Both the position numbers and the translations under genes were made by a program. A stretch of DNA of 40,343 bases from a virus (taxonomy: Duplodnaviria; Caudoviricetes). The first letter of the stretch is position 1, and each line of letters begins with the position of its first letter. The notes under the pieces were generated by a model. It had not been told where the DNA came from, searched no databases, and saw only the letters and a program-made list of their open reading frames with translations. Positions 25,885-36,056 of this stretch are shown piece by piece. Location: positions 1 to 40,343 of the IMG/VR virus record IMGVR_UViG_3300022181_000124, one strand, 5' to 3'.

Positions 25885-26403
25885 ATGTTGAGTGCCATCG
25901 AGGAAGCTGCCGTCGCACGGATCCAGTCGACGCTGGCCGAGGCGGCGGGCCACCTGGAGATCAAACGGGGCATCGAGGGGATCGCCCAGCCGGCGGTTTA
26001 TGTATCCGCCGAGGAAGGGAGCTTCCGGAAAGTCACGTCCGATACCTACGGCCAGGAGACGATTGTCTGGGTCGACATTGTCTTCGCCGACCTGCAGAGC
26101 GAGGCCCAGCGCCGGAAGGGCATCTACCCGATCCTGCAGGGGATCGTCCAATGCCTGCTCCTCCAGAAGTTGGACCTGGCAATCGCGCCCATCGTTCCTG
26201 TGGGTTTCTGGAACATGACCACGCAGGAACAGAAGGAGCGGGGGCTGATCGCGTATTCGCTCAAGCTGCGGACGGAATACAACATCAAGAAACTGGACGA
26301 GGAGACCGCGCTGGATCTGCTCAAGGTCGGCCTTGCCTATTATCTCGGCGAGGAGGAAGCCGCCGAGGACACGTTGACGCGAACGGCGGACACCGATCTG
26401 TGA
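25885..26403 (+). CDS. Mu gp37-like tail terminator (DUF1834)
   Basis: IEEAAVARI…PAVYV…GIYPIL; synteny. Confidence 0.78.
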   Translation: MLSAIEEAAVARIQSTLAEAAGHLEIKRGIEGIAQPAVYVSAEEGSFRKVTSDTYGQETIVWVDIVFADLQSEAQRRKGIYPILQGIVQCLLLQKLDLAIAPIVPVGFWNMTTQEQKERGLIAYSLKLRTEYNIKKLDEETALDLLKVGLAYYLGEEEAAEDTLTRTADTDL

Positions 26404-26422
26404 TCCGCGAAAGGAGGAACCC

Positions 26423-26614
26423 ATGAGAGTCAAGGCGGCGCCGGGCACGAAATGCCCCAAGGAAGGCAAGCCGAAAGAATACATCACCGACAGCGCCCCC
26501 GTCGACGTGAAGGACAGCGCCTATTACCGGCGCCTCCTCGCGGACGGATCCCTGGTCGAGGCCGGCGCCGACGCGGCATCCTCCAAGGCGGGCAAGAAGG
26601 GAGGAAATGAGTAA
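26423..26614 (+). CDS. Mu gp38-like protein (DUF2635)
   Basis: VKAAPG…SAYYRRLLADGSLV. Confidence 0.85.
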   Translation: MRVKAAPGTKCPKEGKPKEYITDSAPVDVKDSAYYRRLLADGSLVEAGADAASSKAGKKGGNE

Positions 26615-28050
26615 TGGCATCGGAAAACGTCTCTTTCGACCAGATCCCTGCGAGCATCCGCAAACCGGGGAAGTATTTCGAATTCAACACGAAGCTGGCC
26701 GTCCGGACCCTGACGACGAACGAGCAGAAGATGCTCGTCATCGCCCAGAAACTGTCGGCGGGATCCGTGGCGGTCCATACGCCCACGCAGGTCTTCTCCG
26801 ACACGGAGGCCGCGGCCTACTTCGGGGAGGGCTCCATCGCCCACCGGATGGCCCGGGCGGCCATCAAGGCGAATCCCTACATCGACCTGACGGTTTGCGC
26901 CGTGGCGGACGCCTCGGGAAGCCCCGTGGCCGCCGTGGAGACCCTCACCCTGACAAACGAGGCCACATCGTCCGGGATGATCACGATCTACGTCGGCAAC
27001 GACAAGATCCAGGTGGGCATTGCCTCCGGGGACACGGCCGTCGCGATCGCCACGGCCCTGGCGGCGGAACTGGCGAACCATCCGGACCTGCCGTTCACGG
27101 CGGCCCAGGGCACGGAGTCCAACACCCACAAGATCATCTTCACCGCGAAGAATGCCGGCACCGTGGCCAACCAGGTGGACTTCTCCGCCGAGGTCACCGC
27201 GGCCGGCACCACGGCATCCTTCGCCCAGACCACCCCGGGATCCGTGGATCCCGATCTCGCGTCGGCCCTGGCGGCCGTTGCCGGGGAGCAGTACCACCTG
27301 ATTGCAACGCCGTTCATCGACGCCGACTCCCTGGACGATCTGATCGACCACCTGGACAACGTGAGCGGCCCGCTGGAGCAGCGGCCCGGGGTGGGCGTCT
27401 ACGGTTACGACGGTTCCCTGGCAAGCTGCACGACCCTCGCCTCGGGCGTAAATTCCGGCCGCGTGGTCTGCGCCTACCTGCGGGGAACCCGGAGCCCGGC
27501 CTACGAGATCGCCGCGGCGATGGCCGCCGTCATGGCCTACGAGGAGGATCCCGCCCGGCCGCTCAACACCCTGGAGCTGAAGGGGATCGCGGCGGCGCCG
27601 ATCGGCCAGCGCTTCTCCCGGACGGAACAGGAAAACCTGCTGCACAACGGGGTCACGCCCCTGGAGATCGGCCCCGGCGAGAAGGTCCAGATTGTCCGGG
27701 CCGTCACGACCTACACGGTGGACGCCCAGGGCATCAGCGACGTCTCGCTCCTGGACGCGACCACCATCCGGACCCTGGACTACGTCCGGAAGGCCCTGCG
27801 GGAACGGATCGCCCTCCGGTTCCCCAGGGAGAAGCTCTCCTCGAAGACCCCTCCCCAGGTGCGGGACCAGATCCTGGATGTTCTGGAGAAGCTGGAGGAC
27901 CTGGAGATCGTCGAGGAGGTCGCGGCGAATGCCGACGGCGTCGTCGTCGAGCGCGACCTGCAGGACGTGAACCGGCTGAACGCGAAGATCCCCGTGGACG
28001 TGGTGAACGGGCTCCATGTCTTTGCCGGCCGGATCGACCTGCTGCTGTAA
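26614..28050 (+). CDS. Tail sheath protein (Mu gpL-like)
   Basis: FDQIPASIRKPGKYFEFN, DPARPLNTLEL, DVVNGLHVFA. Confidence 0.94.
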   Translation: MASENVSFDQIPASIRKPGKYFEFNTKLAVRTLTTNEQKMLVIAQKLSAGSVAVHTPTQVFSDTEAAAYFGEGSIAHRMARAAIKANPYIDLTVCAVADASGSPVAAVETLTLTNEATSSGMITIYVGNDKIQVGIASGDTAVAIATALAAELANHPDLPFTAAQGTESNTHKIIFTAKNAGTVANQVDFSAEVTAAGTTASFAQTTPGSVDPDLASALAAVAGEQYHLIATPFIDADSLDDLIDHLDNVSGPLEQRPGVGVYGYDGSLASCTTLASGVNSGRVVCAYLRGTRSPAYEIAAAMAAVMAYEEDPARPLNTLELKGIAAAPIGQRFSRTEQENLLHNGVTPLEIGPGEKVQIVRAVTTYTVDAQGISDVSLLDATTIRTLDYVRKALRERIALRFPREKLSSKTPPQVRDQILDVLEKLEDLEIVEEVAANADGVVVERDLQDVNRLNAKIPVDVVNGLHVFAGRIDLLL

Positions 28051-28074
28051 GCAACGAGAAGAAAGGAGGCTGTC

Positions 28075-28431
28075 ATGGCCGAAGAATACGTTTCCCAGGT
28101 GCTTCTGGAGATCGACGGCAAGAGCATCACCGACTTCAAGAGCGTCGAGGAGAAGGACTACGAGCTGCACAAGACGGTGAACCTCATGAACACCACGGGG
28201 CACATCACCACGAGGCCCCGCTACGGCGTCAACCTGGAGTACGTCCTCCCCAAGGATACACCGGAGTTCGATTTCAGCCAGGTCAAGGGCGGGAAAATCG
28301 TCATCGACTACCAGAACGGCACCCGCGTGTCCTACAGCGGCGTCTACGTCCTGAAGATCGGGGCCGCCAAGCACGACGGCGAGAAAGAAACCACCAAGAC
28401 CATCGAGTTCAGCGCGAAGGACAGAAAGTGA
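28075..28431 (+). CDS. Tail tube protein
   Basis: 118 aa directly after sheath, AAGGAGG SD. Confidence 0.82.
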   Translation: MAEEYVSQVLLEIDGKSITDFKSVEEKDYELHKTVNLMNTTGHITTRPRYGVNLEYVLPKDTPEFDFSQVKGGKIVIDYQNGTRVSYSGVYVLKIGAAKHDGEKETTKTIEFSAKDRK

Positions 28432-28438
28432 GGACACC

Positions 28439-28762
28439 ATGCTGACCGAGAAAGGAACACTGCCCGTCGGCGTCGAGTTTGAAGGGACGGTCCACCGGGA
28501 GTTCGAGATTCGCGAACAGCTCGTCCGGGACACCGTGGAGATTTACGACGATCCGGAGCTGGTCGCCCGGGCGGAAAAGAACGACGCCTACATGGGGCTG
28601 TGCATCGTCGCCAAGCAGCTCACGATCGGCACCATTCCCAGGGAAGCCGTCACGGCGGACATGCTCATGGAGATGCACCAGGCAGACATGGCCGTCATCA
28701 ACAAGGCGGAGAAGGTACTGGCGGCCCGCAGGGCCACCTTTCGCGGAGGCGAGGCGCAATAG
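28439..28762 (+). CDS. Tail assembly chaperone (short form)
   Basis: GTLPVGVEFEG…HREFEIR; between tube and tape measure. Confidence 0.8.
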   Translation: MLTEKGTLPVGVEFEGTVHREFEIREQLVRDTVEIYDDPELVARAEKNDAYMGLCIVAKQLTIGTIPREAVTADMLMEMHQADMAVINKAEKVLAARRATFRGGEAQ

Positions 28763-28919
28763 GCGGCGCCTGATCGTTTCCCTTCTGTCGATGGGACTCG
28801 ACTACCGGACCATTCTGGAGATGCCCGACGAGGAGGCCCGGATGCTGGTTGAGACATTCAACGATCTGAACGATCCGGAAGCCACGACCACCCGGAAGTA
28901 CAAGGTCCGGAGGAAGTAA
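28740..28919 (+). CDS. Tail assembly chaperone extension, reached by +1 shift at ACC TTT CGC
   Basis: +1 frame FAEARRNRRRLIVSLLSMGLDYRTILEMPDEEARML… fills the gap to the tape measure gene. Confidence 0.65.
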   Translation, partial: FAEARRNRRRLIVSLLSMGLDYRTILEMPDEEARMLVETFNDLNDPEATTTRKYKVRRK

Positions 28920-28923
28920 CGTT

Positions 28924-30804
28924 ATGTCCAACTCCCTCAAGCTCTTCCTGGAAATCGCTGGCGACGGCGCAAAGCTGCGCAATGCCCTGCGGAGATCCAG
29001 CGGGGACATCTCCAGTTGGGGAAAAGCGGCCCGGGACGAGGCGCGGGCGATCCGGAGCATCTACGATTCCCTGGCGGGCCGCGTGGCGGCGCTCGGGCTG
29101 TCCGTCGGCATGGGCGCCTCCCTGTGGCAGTCGGGGAAGCTGGACAAGTCCCTGACCCAGATCGGCCAGACGTCGGGAGAGACTGCGAAGGAGGTCGCCG
29201 GGCTTCGCGGCGAACTCTTCGGACACGCCAAGGACACGGGGCAGGAGGTGGACAATCTCAAGCAGGGGGTCGATGTTCTGATCCAGAGCGGCCAGAACAT
29301 GAAGGAGGCCCGGGAGACCATCAAGGGTGTCAACCTGGCGATGGCCGTCACGGGAGCGGAGGCCCGGACCCTGGCCAACGGCCTCACCGTGGCCGGGACG
29401 GCTTTCCAGTTCGACCTGGCCAAGCCCGGCAAGGCGATTGAGATCCTCGACAAGATGGTCGTGGCGGGGCGCCTGGGAAATGCGGAACTGGAGAACCTCT
29501 CCGACATCTTCGCCCGGACCGGCGTCAATGCAAATGCAGCCGGCATGAGCTTCGAGAAGACCCTCGCCTTCATCGAGGCGCTCTCGATGGTGGAACGGCA
29601 GCCGGAACGCCTGGCTACCCTCGCCGACTCGACCCTCCGGGTCTTCACGAATATGCGTTACATGGCCGAGGCCCAGAAGGCCACGGGCGTCCGGTTCTTC
29701 GACAAGGACGGATCCCGCCGCGACGCGGTGGCGGTCCTGAAGGACATCAAGGCGAAGTACGACACGATGAAGACGGACATGGCGAGGGCCGCCTTCATTC
29801 AGAAGGCCTTCGGCAAGGCCGACCTGGACACGATCAAGGGGCTCCGGACCCTCCTTTCGGGGGACGCCCTGGCCAAGATCGACAGCTTCTCGGGAAATAT
29901 CGCCGGCGCCAGCGGCACCCTGAAGCGTGACCTGAACGACGCCACTTCGAACCTGGTCGACCAGACGGGGCGCCTGAAGGCGTCCCTGCGGGAGGCGGCG
30001 GATAACTTCGCCCGGCCGATCAACCGGGTCCTGGCGGACCTGATCAAGTGGGGACTGGATTCCAAAAAGAACGGTGGCCTGGGTCTCTCCGGGAAAGAGA
30101 TTGTCGGTTACGGCACCGCCGGCGCCCTGGGGACCTGGGCGCTGGCCCGGTATGGCGCGAAAGCCTTCGAATGGCTCCGGGGAGTCCCGGGCGGCCAGAT
30201 TGCCGGGGGCGCTGCCGGCTTTCTGAAAGAGCGCGGCGCCACGGCGGGCCGGATCGCTGAGTTCCTGGCCGTCCAGGCGGGGGCGCAAAAGATCGGCGTC
30301 AACCTGCTGCCTGTCTATGTGACGAACTGGCCGGAGGGGCTGAAGGGAGGCCGGGGCGTCGCCGAAACGGCGAAGGATCTCGCAACCGGCGCCGGCGGGG
30401 CCGTGGCGGCGAGCCGGGGCAAGCAGATCCTGGAGGGGCTCAAGGCCTCGCTGCCCCGGATCAAGGACTGGCTGGCCATGCGGAACCTACCCTTCCTTCC
30501 CCGCCAGGTCCTCCTTCCTGCAGCGGCCGGATATGGCGCCGGCTGGCTCCTCAACCGCGGAGCCGGGGCGATTGCGGAACGGGCCTCCGGCGGAAAATAC
30601 GCCGGCGCCGGCTGGCTGGGGCAGATGGTCTACGACATGAAGCATCGGGACGCCGCACTGACAGCCGCCGTCTCGGCCATCAAGCCCGAGGTGAAGAACA
30701 ATATCCATCTGGAGATCAAGATCGACCGGGATGGTCGTCTTGTAGCGAACACGGGCAACATGAACACGGAGATCCATCCGACGCTGGAGCGGGGAGCCTT
30801 CTAA
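28924..30804 (+). CDS. Tail tape measure protein
   Basis: Ala/Gly-rich helical protein with TP901-type core; PVYVTNWP motif. Confidence 0.9.
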   Translation: MSNSLKLFLEIAGDGAKLRNALRRSSGDISSWGKAARDEARAIRSIYDSLAGRVAALGLSVGMGASLWQSGKLDKSLTQIGQTSGETAKEVAGLRGELFGHAKDTGQEVDNLKQGVDVLIQSGQNMKEARETIKGVNLAMAVTGAEARTLANGLTVAGTAFQFDLAKPGKAIEILDKMVVAGRLGNAELENLSDIFARTGVNANAAGMSFEKTLAFIEALSMVERQPERLATLADSTLRVFTNMRYMAEAQKATGVRFFDKDGSRRDAVAVLKDIKAKYDTMKTDMARAAFIQKAFGKADLDTIKGLRTLLSGDALAKIDSFSGNIAGASGTLKRDLNDATSNLVDQTGRLKASLREAADNFARPINRVLADLIKWGLDSKKNGGLGLSGKEIVGYGTAGALGTWALARYGAKAFEWLRGVPGGQIAGGAAGFLKERGATAGRIAEFLAVQAGAQKIGVNLLPVYVTNWPEGLKGGRGVAETAKDLATGAGGAVAASRGKQILEGLKASLPRIKDWLAMRNLPFLPRQVLLPAAAGYGAGWLLNRGAGAIAERASGGKYAGAGWLGQMVYDMKHRDAALTAAVSAIKPEVKNNIHLEIKIDRDGRLVANTGNMNTEIHPTLERGAF

Positions 30805-30813
30805 GGACACATC

Positions 30814-32445
30814 ATGGCGGACGAAATCAACGAAACCTTCTCGGCTTTGCAGAAAGCGATGGATCAGGCCCCGGGGCTGCTAAAGCAGGCCGAGAAGACC
30901 CTGGAGCCGGCCTTCATCAGCTTCTCAGGAACGGCTGCATCGATTGCCGGGGGGGCGGCTGAGAAGATGTCCGGAATGGCCGCGAAAGTGGAGGAGATGG
31001 CATCCCAGGCAGCCAGTTCTGCAAGCAGGATTGCTCAATCCGTCGTTGCCGGGTCATCCTCCCAGCCGGCGAAATCATCCTCCGCAAGCCTGACGCCTGC
31101 CCCCCGTCCCGCTCCGTACCCTGACGCCGGCGGCGCCACCATGCCGGCGAAGGCCGTGGAGGGAACGCTGCTCCAGCCGAAGGAGGCCCTGGCCAACGGG
31201 TATTCCCTGGCCATTGAAACCATCGAGGACACCTTCGAGAAGGCGATCGCCCGTTACGAGTATCCCTATGCCGACGGGGCCGACCTGGAAGATCTGGGGC
31301 AGAGGGCGCATGTGCTCCGTGTTCGCTGTTACTTCTGGGATGACGCGGAACAGGAGACGTACAATCACCATATCCTGCTGGTGAACGGCCTTGCATCCCG
31401 CGCCCTGGTCGATTTTGTCCATCCGAAGTACGGGCTTTTGAAGGGAAAGATCGAATCTGTTGTGGTTCGTCACGACGATCGGGAACGGTGCGCCGAGGTG
31501 GACCTGACATTCGTCGAACAGATGCGCGCCGCGCTGGAGCCCCTGCTGCAGCCGCCGCTTCTTTCTTCCCTGGAGGCGGCCTACCTGCAGGGCCAGGAGG
31601 AACAGCAGGAAAAGCTCGCCGCCGACGTCAAGCAGGATCTCCCGAAGGCCGACGCCGGCGCCGCGACGAAAACCCTGGATTCCTCCCTGGGTCTCCTGGA
31701 GCAGGTGCAGGGATATTCCGCCAAGGCCCGGTCTTACGTGGGCAAGGTGGAGGGATACATCGCCACGGCCGAGGCGCTTGTCAGCCAGGTCACAAGCCCC
31801 GTCGACAGCCTGCAGGCGACGATCACTTACGCCACCAGTCTCCCCGGGCGGATCCTGGGATCCATCACCGCCGCGGTCGAGAAGGTGGCGCGGACGTACG
31901 ACTCCCTGAAGAATTTTCCCACCCGGTTCCTCTCCGCCCTCGACGACGCCCTCGACGATCTCCAGGACGCCTTCAACGAGTTCGGCAGCGACGACACGTC
32001 GACCGCCGGCACGTCGGCCGGGGCGACGATGACGAACCACCTGTCGATCGCCTGCGCCCAGCGCCTGGCCCTGGAAGCGGCATCCTTGTATTCCGCCGAC
32101 GAGACGGCCTTCAGCGAGGGCGGCGAGGACTTCCAGGTGATGAACATGCGGGAGCTGGAGGAGACCCTGGCCCTGGTCCGGACACGGATCGAAGCGGCCG
32201 TGGGGAGCGCCCGGGAGATGGAAAGCCTCAAAATCATGGCGGCATCACTGCTTTCTCACGTCAACCGGGTTCGGCTGGAGCGGGAGAAGATGATCGCCGC
32301 GGATCTGGACAACCCGATGCCGCTCCACCTGGTCTGCCTGCGCCACGGCCTGCCCTACACGGACGCGGAACGGCTGCTCGCGGTCAACCGCGGGATCCGG
32401 AACCCCAATTTCACGAGCGGCGAGGTCCTCGTCTATGTCCGATAA
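30814..32445 (+). CDS. DNA circularisation protein (Mu gpN-like) with N-terminal extension
   Basis: ARYEYPYADGADLEDLG…FVHPKYG; C-terminal LLAVNRGIRNPNF. Confidence 0.85.
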   Translation: MADEINETFSALQKAMDQAPGLLKQAEKTLEPAFISFSGTAASIAGGAAEKMSGMAAKVEEMASQAASSASRIAQSVVAGSSSQPAKSSSASLTPAPRPAPYPDAGGATMPAKAVEGTLLQPKEALANGYSLAIETIEDTFEKAIARYEYPYADGADLEDLGQRAHVLRVRCYFWDDAEQETYNHHILLVNGLASRALVDFVHPKYGLLKGKIESVVVRHDDRERCAEVDLTFVEQMRAALEPLLQPPLLSSLEAAYLQGQEEQQEKLAADVKQDLPKADAGAATKTLDSSLGLLEQVQGYSAKARSYVGKVEGYIATAEALVSQVTSPVDSLQATITYATSLPGRILGSITAAVEKVARTYDSLKNFPTRFLSALDDALDDLQDAFNEFGSDDTSTAGTSAGATMTNHLSIACAQRLALEAASLYSADETAFSEGGEDFQVMNMRELEETLALVRTRIEAAVGSAREMESLKIMAASLLSHVNRVRLEREKMIAADLDNPMPLHLVCLRHGLPYTDAERLLAVNRGIRNPNFTSGEVLVYVR

Positions 32446-33529
32446 GATCGCCCTCAAGTTCGGAAAGCCCGGCGAGGCGTCTCTCGACCAGGTCGAGACG
32501 CATTTCCTCTCCTATCACCTCGATGCGGACATTTACACACCCGCGGACGCCTTCCGCCTGGAGTTGGCCAACCCGGAGGCGGAGATCCGCGCGGGGGGAC
32601 GCTGCGAGCTGTGGGTAAACGACCGGCTGGAACTGACGGGGATCGTCGACCGGATCGTCCACAAAACCACGAAACGGGGGAATTCCCTGATGGTGGAGGG
32701 GCGTGACCTGATGGGACTTCTCGTGGATTCGTACTGCGAGAAGTTTGTCACCGTGGCCGGGAAGACCATGAAGCAGTTGGCGGAGTTGCTCCTGGCCGAC
32801 GTCCCCTTCATCAATCGGTCCCAGGTCCTGTACGAGGAGAACCTCGTGGGGAGGCTGATGAAGGGCAAGGGGCGCCGGAAAGGATGTTCGGGAGGCTTCC
32901 TGGCGGCCCTGGACGCCCCGCAGAAGCTCTCCCAGATTGAACCGGGCATGCGGATCTTCGAGGTCCTGAAGGGCTACGCCGTCAGCCGCGGGATGATTTT
33001 CTTCGCCCTGCCCGACGGGACATTCATCTTCGGTCGGCCGAAGGCGGCGGGAGAGCCCCTGTTTTCGATCACCATGCGCAGGGACGGCGCGGGGAACACC
33101 GCCTTGGAAGGCGAGCGGATCGAGGACATCTCGAAACGCTATTCCAAGGTGACCGTGGTCGGCCAGCAGCAGGGGGCGGATTCCCTCTCGGGCGCCTCCC
33201 AGATCAACACGAAGGCCGTCCGGTCGGACGATTCCTTTCCTTTCTACAAGCCCTTCGTGACGAAGAACAACAACGACAGCCTGAGCCCGAAGGAGCATGC
33301 CAGACTCCTCCTGGAGAAACAGCGCCGGGAGGGGGACCAGCTCGTCTACCGGACGCCCCGCCACAGCCAGGACGGCCGGAACTGGACGATCAACGAGCTG
33401 TGCCGGGTGGAAGACGAAGTGAGGAACCTGAAGGGCACATACCTGATCTTCGGGAGAACGTTCGAACTGAGGAAAGAGGAAGGGCCGACGACGAGGCTGA
33501 AGCTCGGCCCCCTGGGGATGGTGGCGTGA
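32435..33529 (+). CDS. Baseplate hub (Mu gpP/gp44-like)
   Basis: GRDLMGLLVD, KRYSKVTVVGQ, WTINEL motifs. Confidence 0.88.
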   Translation: MSDKIALKFGKPGEASLDQVETHFLSYHLDADIYTPADAFRLELANPEAEIRAGGRCELWVNDRLELTGIVDRIVHKTTKRGNSLMVEGRDLMGLLVDSYCEKFVTVAGKTMKQLAELLLADVPFINRSQVLYEENLVGRLMKGKGRRKGCSGGFLAALDAPQKLSQIEPGMRIFEVLKGYAVSRGMIFFALPDGTFIFGRPKAAGEPLFSITMRRDGAGNTALEGERIEDISKRYSKVTVVGQQQGADSLSGASQINTKAVRSDDSFPFYKPFVTKNNNDSLSPKEHARLLLEKQRREGDQLVYRTPRHSQDGRNWTINELCRVEDEVRNLKGTYLIFGRTFELRKEEGPTTRLKLGPLGMVA

Positions 33530-33530
33530 G

Positions 33531-34121
33531 ATGATCCGGGGCATCGTCAAGAGTGTGACCGAAGGGCTCGTGAAATTGTTTTCCTGCTCCGGCCGGACGG
33601 GGGAAACCTTCGACAGCCGCGAGTACATGCAGCATTACGGCTTCACCTCCAGGCCCCTGGCCGGCGCCGAGATCATCGTCATCAACGAGGGGAACCACTA
33701 CATCGCCGTCGCCTCGGAAGATCGCCGCTACCGCCTGGCCGTCGAGGCCGGCGAGGTGGCCCTCTACACCGACGAGGGCGACAGGATCCACTTCAAACGG
33801 GACAAGACCATCCACATCGTGAGCGGGAACAAGCTCCTGGCAGAGGTGGCCAATGACGTGGAGATCACCACGACCCGGGCCGTCGTGACTGCGTCCGAAT
33901 CGGCCGCCGTGACAGCCCCCGTCGTCACCGCCAACGCCGAGACGAGCTGCACCGTCACAAGCCCCCTGATCAACCTCGGGGGGGATCGATCGGAACTTCG
34001 GGCGCTCATCGATGAACGGCTCGTCGCGTATTTTAACAGCCACACCCACTCCGGCGGAGCGGTTCCCGACACGCAGCTGAGCGTGGGGAACGTCGCTACC
34101 ACCGTGGTCAAGGGGAAGTAA
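33531..34121 (+). CDS. Baseplate spike (Mu gp45-like)
   Basis: QHYGFTSRP…GEVALY; C-terminal HTH iron-binding-type motif (NSHTHS). Confidence 0.9.
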   Translation: MIRGIVKSVTEGLVKLFSCSGRTGETFDSREYMQHYGFTSRPLAGAEIIVINEGNHYIAVASEDRRYRLAVEAGEVALYTDEGDRIHFKRDKTIHIVSGNKLLAEVANDVEITTTRAVVTASESAAVTAPVVTANAETSCTVTSPLINLGGDRSELRALIDERLVAYFNSHTHSGGAVPDTQLSVGNVATTVVKGK

Positions 34122-34495
34122 TGGATTTTGCACTATCGATCGACAACCGGACGGGCCTGGCCGCCATGACCTTCACCAAGGCGACGACGCTGATGAACAA
34201 CGTTTTCCTGTCCCTGATGGTGAAACGGGGGAGTTTCTTTGCAGATCCCTCCTTCGGTTCCCGGCTCCACCTGCTCCAGCGGGCTAAGAACACCGAGACG
34301 ACGAAGCGCCTGGCCGTGGATTATTGCCGGGAGGCGCTGCAGTGGATGCTGGATACCGGGAAGGCCATCAATGTCAACGTCTGGGCCGAGCGGGACCGGA
34401 CGGTGAATCTGTACCGGATGAAGCTCCTGGTGGAAGTGACGCCGGCGAACGGGGAAGAACCCGTGGCCTTCTCAACCTTCGTAAACGTCGTGTGA
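34121..34495 (+). CDS. Baseplate protein (Mu gp46-like)
   Basis: GSRLHLLQRAK…YCREALQWMLDTG. Confidence 0.88.
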   Translation: MDFALSIDNRTGLAAMTFTKATTLMNNVFLSLMVKRGSFFADPSFGSRLHLLQRAKNTETTKRLAVDYCREALQWMLDTGKAINVNVWAERDRTVNLYRMKLLVEVTPANGEEPVAFSTFVNVV

Positions 34496-34502
34496 GGGAA
34501 TC

Positions 34503-35492
34503 ATGTCCTTTGAGAAAGACTTTGACGACCTGTTCGCCGGGATCCTCCGGGACTGGCAGAACCAGTTTCCCGAGGCGGACCTGTCGAAAGGCAGCCTGAT
34601 CTACCTGAAAGTCGCCTGCCTGGCCTCCACCCTCTGGGGAATATACAAGTATCAGGATTGGATCGCCCGGCAGATCTTCCCGGACACGGCCGAAACGGCG
34701 CAGTTGGAGCATCACGCCTGGGTCCGGGGACTCTCCCGGAAGACCGGTGAGACGGACGAAGAACTCCTGAACCGGCTTCTGGACTACATCCGGCGGCCAC
34801 CGGCGGGGGGCAATCAATACGACTACATCAAGTGGGCGCTGTCGATCGACGGTGTGGAGAAGGCCTGGTGTTTCCCCCTGGCCCAGGGGCTGGGTACGGT
34901 GGACGTCGTGATCACGGCCGATGCGGACGCGACGGGCTCCGAGATCCCCAGCGGCCATGCCATGACGGGGACGGCGACCTCCCTGACGGAATCGAAGCTG
35001 GTCGATTCGGCAGCCGACTTCACCGCCTCCGGGGATCCCGTCCGGATCGGTGACATCGTCGTCAATGACGACCTGGCCACGGAGGCGGCGGTCACGGCGA
35101 TCGATTCCGCCACCCAGCTGACCCTGGCCGCCGACATCTTCACGGCCACCGGCCAGGCCTACACGATCCAGTCCCTGATCGCCCAGGTGCGGGACTACAT
35201 CGACGACGTCCGACCCGTCACGGCCTCCACGGTGCGCGTTCTGGCCCCGACGATTTCCGCCCAGGACGTTACGGTGACCGTCTCCGGCTCCGGTGTCGAC
35301 AAGGCGGCGATCGCGGCGGAGATTACGGCCATCCTGAACGCCATGACCCCGGGTGAAACGCTCTACCGGAGCCGCCTGATCGCCGCGGCGATCCAGGAAG
35401 GCGCGACGAACGCCGTGGTCGACCTGCCTGCGGCCGACGTCGTGCCGGATACTTACGAGATGATCCGGCCGGGCACCATAGCGGTGCAGTGA
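34503..35492 (+). CDS. Baseplate J-like protein (gp47)
   Basis: QIFPDTA, ETDEELL.RL…PPAGGN..DY..WA, GLGTVDV. Confidence 0.88.
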   Translation: MSFEKDFDDLFAGILRDWQNQFPEADLSKGSLIYLKVACLASTLWGIYKYQDWIARQIFPDTAETAQLEHHAWVRGLSRKTGETDEELLNRLLDYIRRPPAGGNQYDYIKWALSIDGVEKAWCFPLAQGLGTVDVVITADADATGSEIPSGHAMTGTATSLTESKLVDSAADFTASGDPVRIGDIVVNDDLATEAAVTAIDSATQLTLAADIFTATGQAYTIQSLIAQVRDYIDDVRPVTASTVRVLAPTISAQDVTVTVSGSGVDKAAIAAEITAILNAMTPGETLYRSRLIAAAIQEGATNAVVDLPAADVVPDTYEMIRPGTIAVQ

Positions 35493-35498
35493 GGCGCC

Positions 35499-36047
35499 AT
35501 GAATCACGCGGACGCATTGAAGCTGCTGTTTCCCATCGAACTGGCGGGAGTCTTTGCCCAGGACACGGCCCTGGAGGGCGTCGTCTTGGACGAGGCGGAA
35601 GCATCGGCCGCCCTGCTCCTTCGGGAGATGTTTCCGGATCGAGCCGATTCGCTCCTTCCGGATTGGGAACGGGTCTGCGGGCTCACTCCCGGGGAGACGG
35701 ATCCCCTGCAGGCCCGGAGGGATGCCGTCCTGAGGCTGCTGCGGAGCATCGGCGGGCTTTCCAGGCAGTATTTTATCGAGATGGCGGCAACCTTCGGCTG
35801 GACGATCACGATCGACGAGTTGAAGCCGTTCATGGCGGGCTGCAGCCGCGCCGGCGATACCCTGTATGAAGAATCGGCCTGCTTCATCTGGCGGGTCAAC
35901 GTGTCCGGAAATGCCGTTTACCGCTTCCGGTCGGGCGTGTCCGCGGCGGGGGAGATGCTCACTTGGTGGATTCCCTACGCCGACCTGGAGGCGTTGCTCA
36001 ACGAGCTGAAGCCAGCCCACACCTATGTTTTCTTCAACTATGAATAA
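35499..36047 (+). CDS. Baseplate protein gp48-like (DUF2313/YmfQ)
   Basis: LLPDWERVCGL, GGLSRQYFI, LKPAHT. Confidence 0.9.
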   Translation: MNHADALKLLFPIELAGVFAQDTALEGVVLDEAEASAALLLREMFPDRADSLLPDWERVCGLTPGETDPLQARRDAVLRLLRSIGGLSRQYFIEMAATFGWTITIDELKPFMAGCSRAGDTLYEESACFIWRVNVSGNAVYRFRSGVSAAGEMLTWWIPYADLEALLNELKPAHTYVFFNYE

Positions 36048-36056
36048 GGAGGCCCT

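Noticed and set aside
26607-28445. 612-aa plus-strand ORF over the sheath and tube genes
   Set aside because: Arg/Gly/Pro-rich off-frame shadow of high-GC3 coding sequence.
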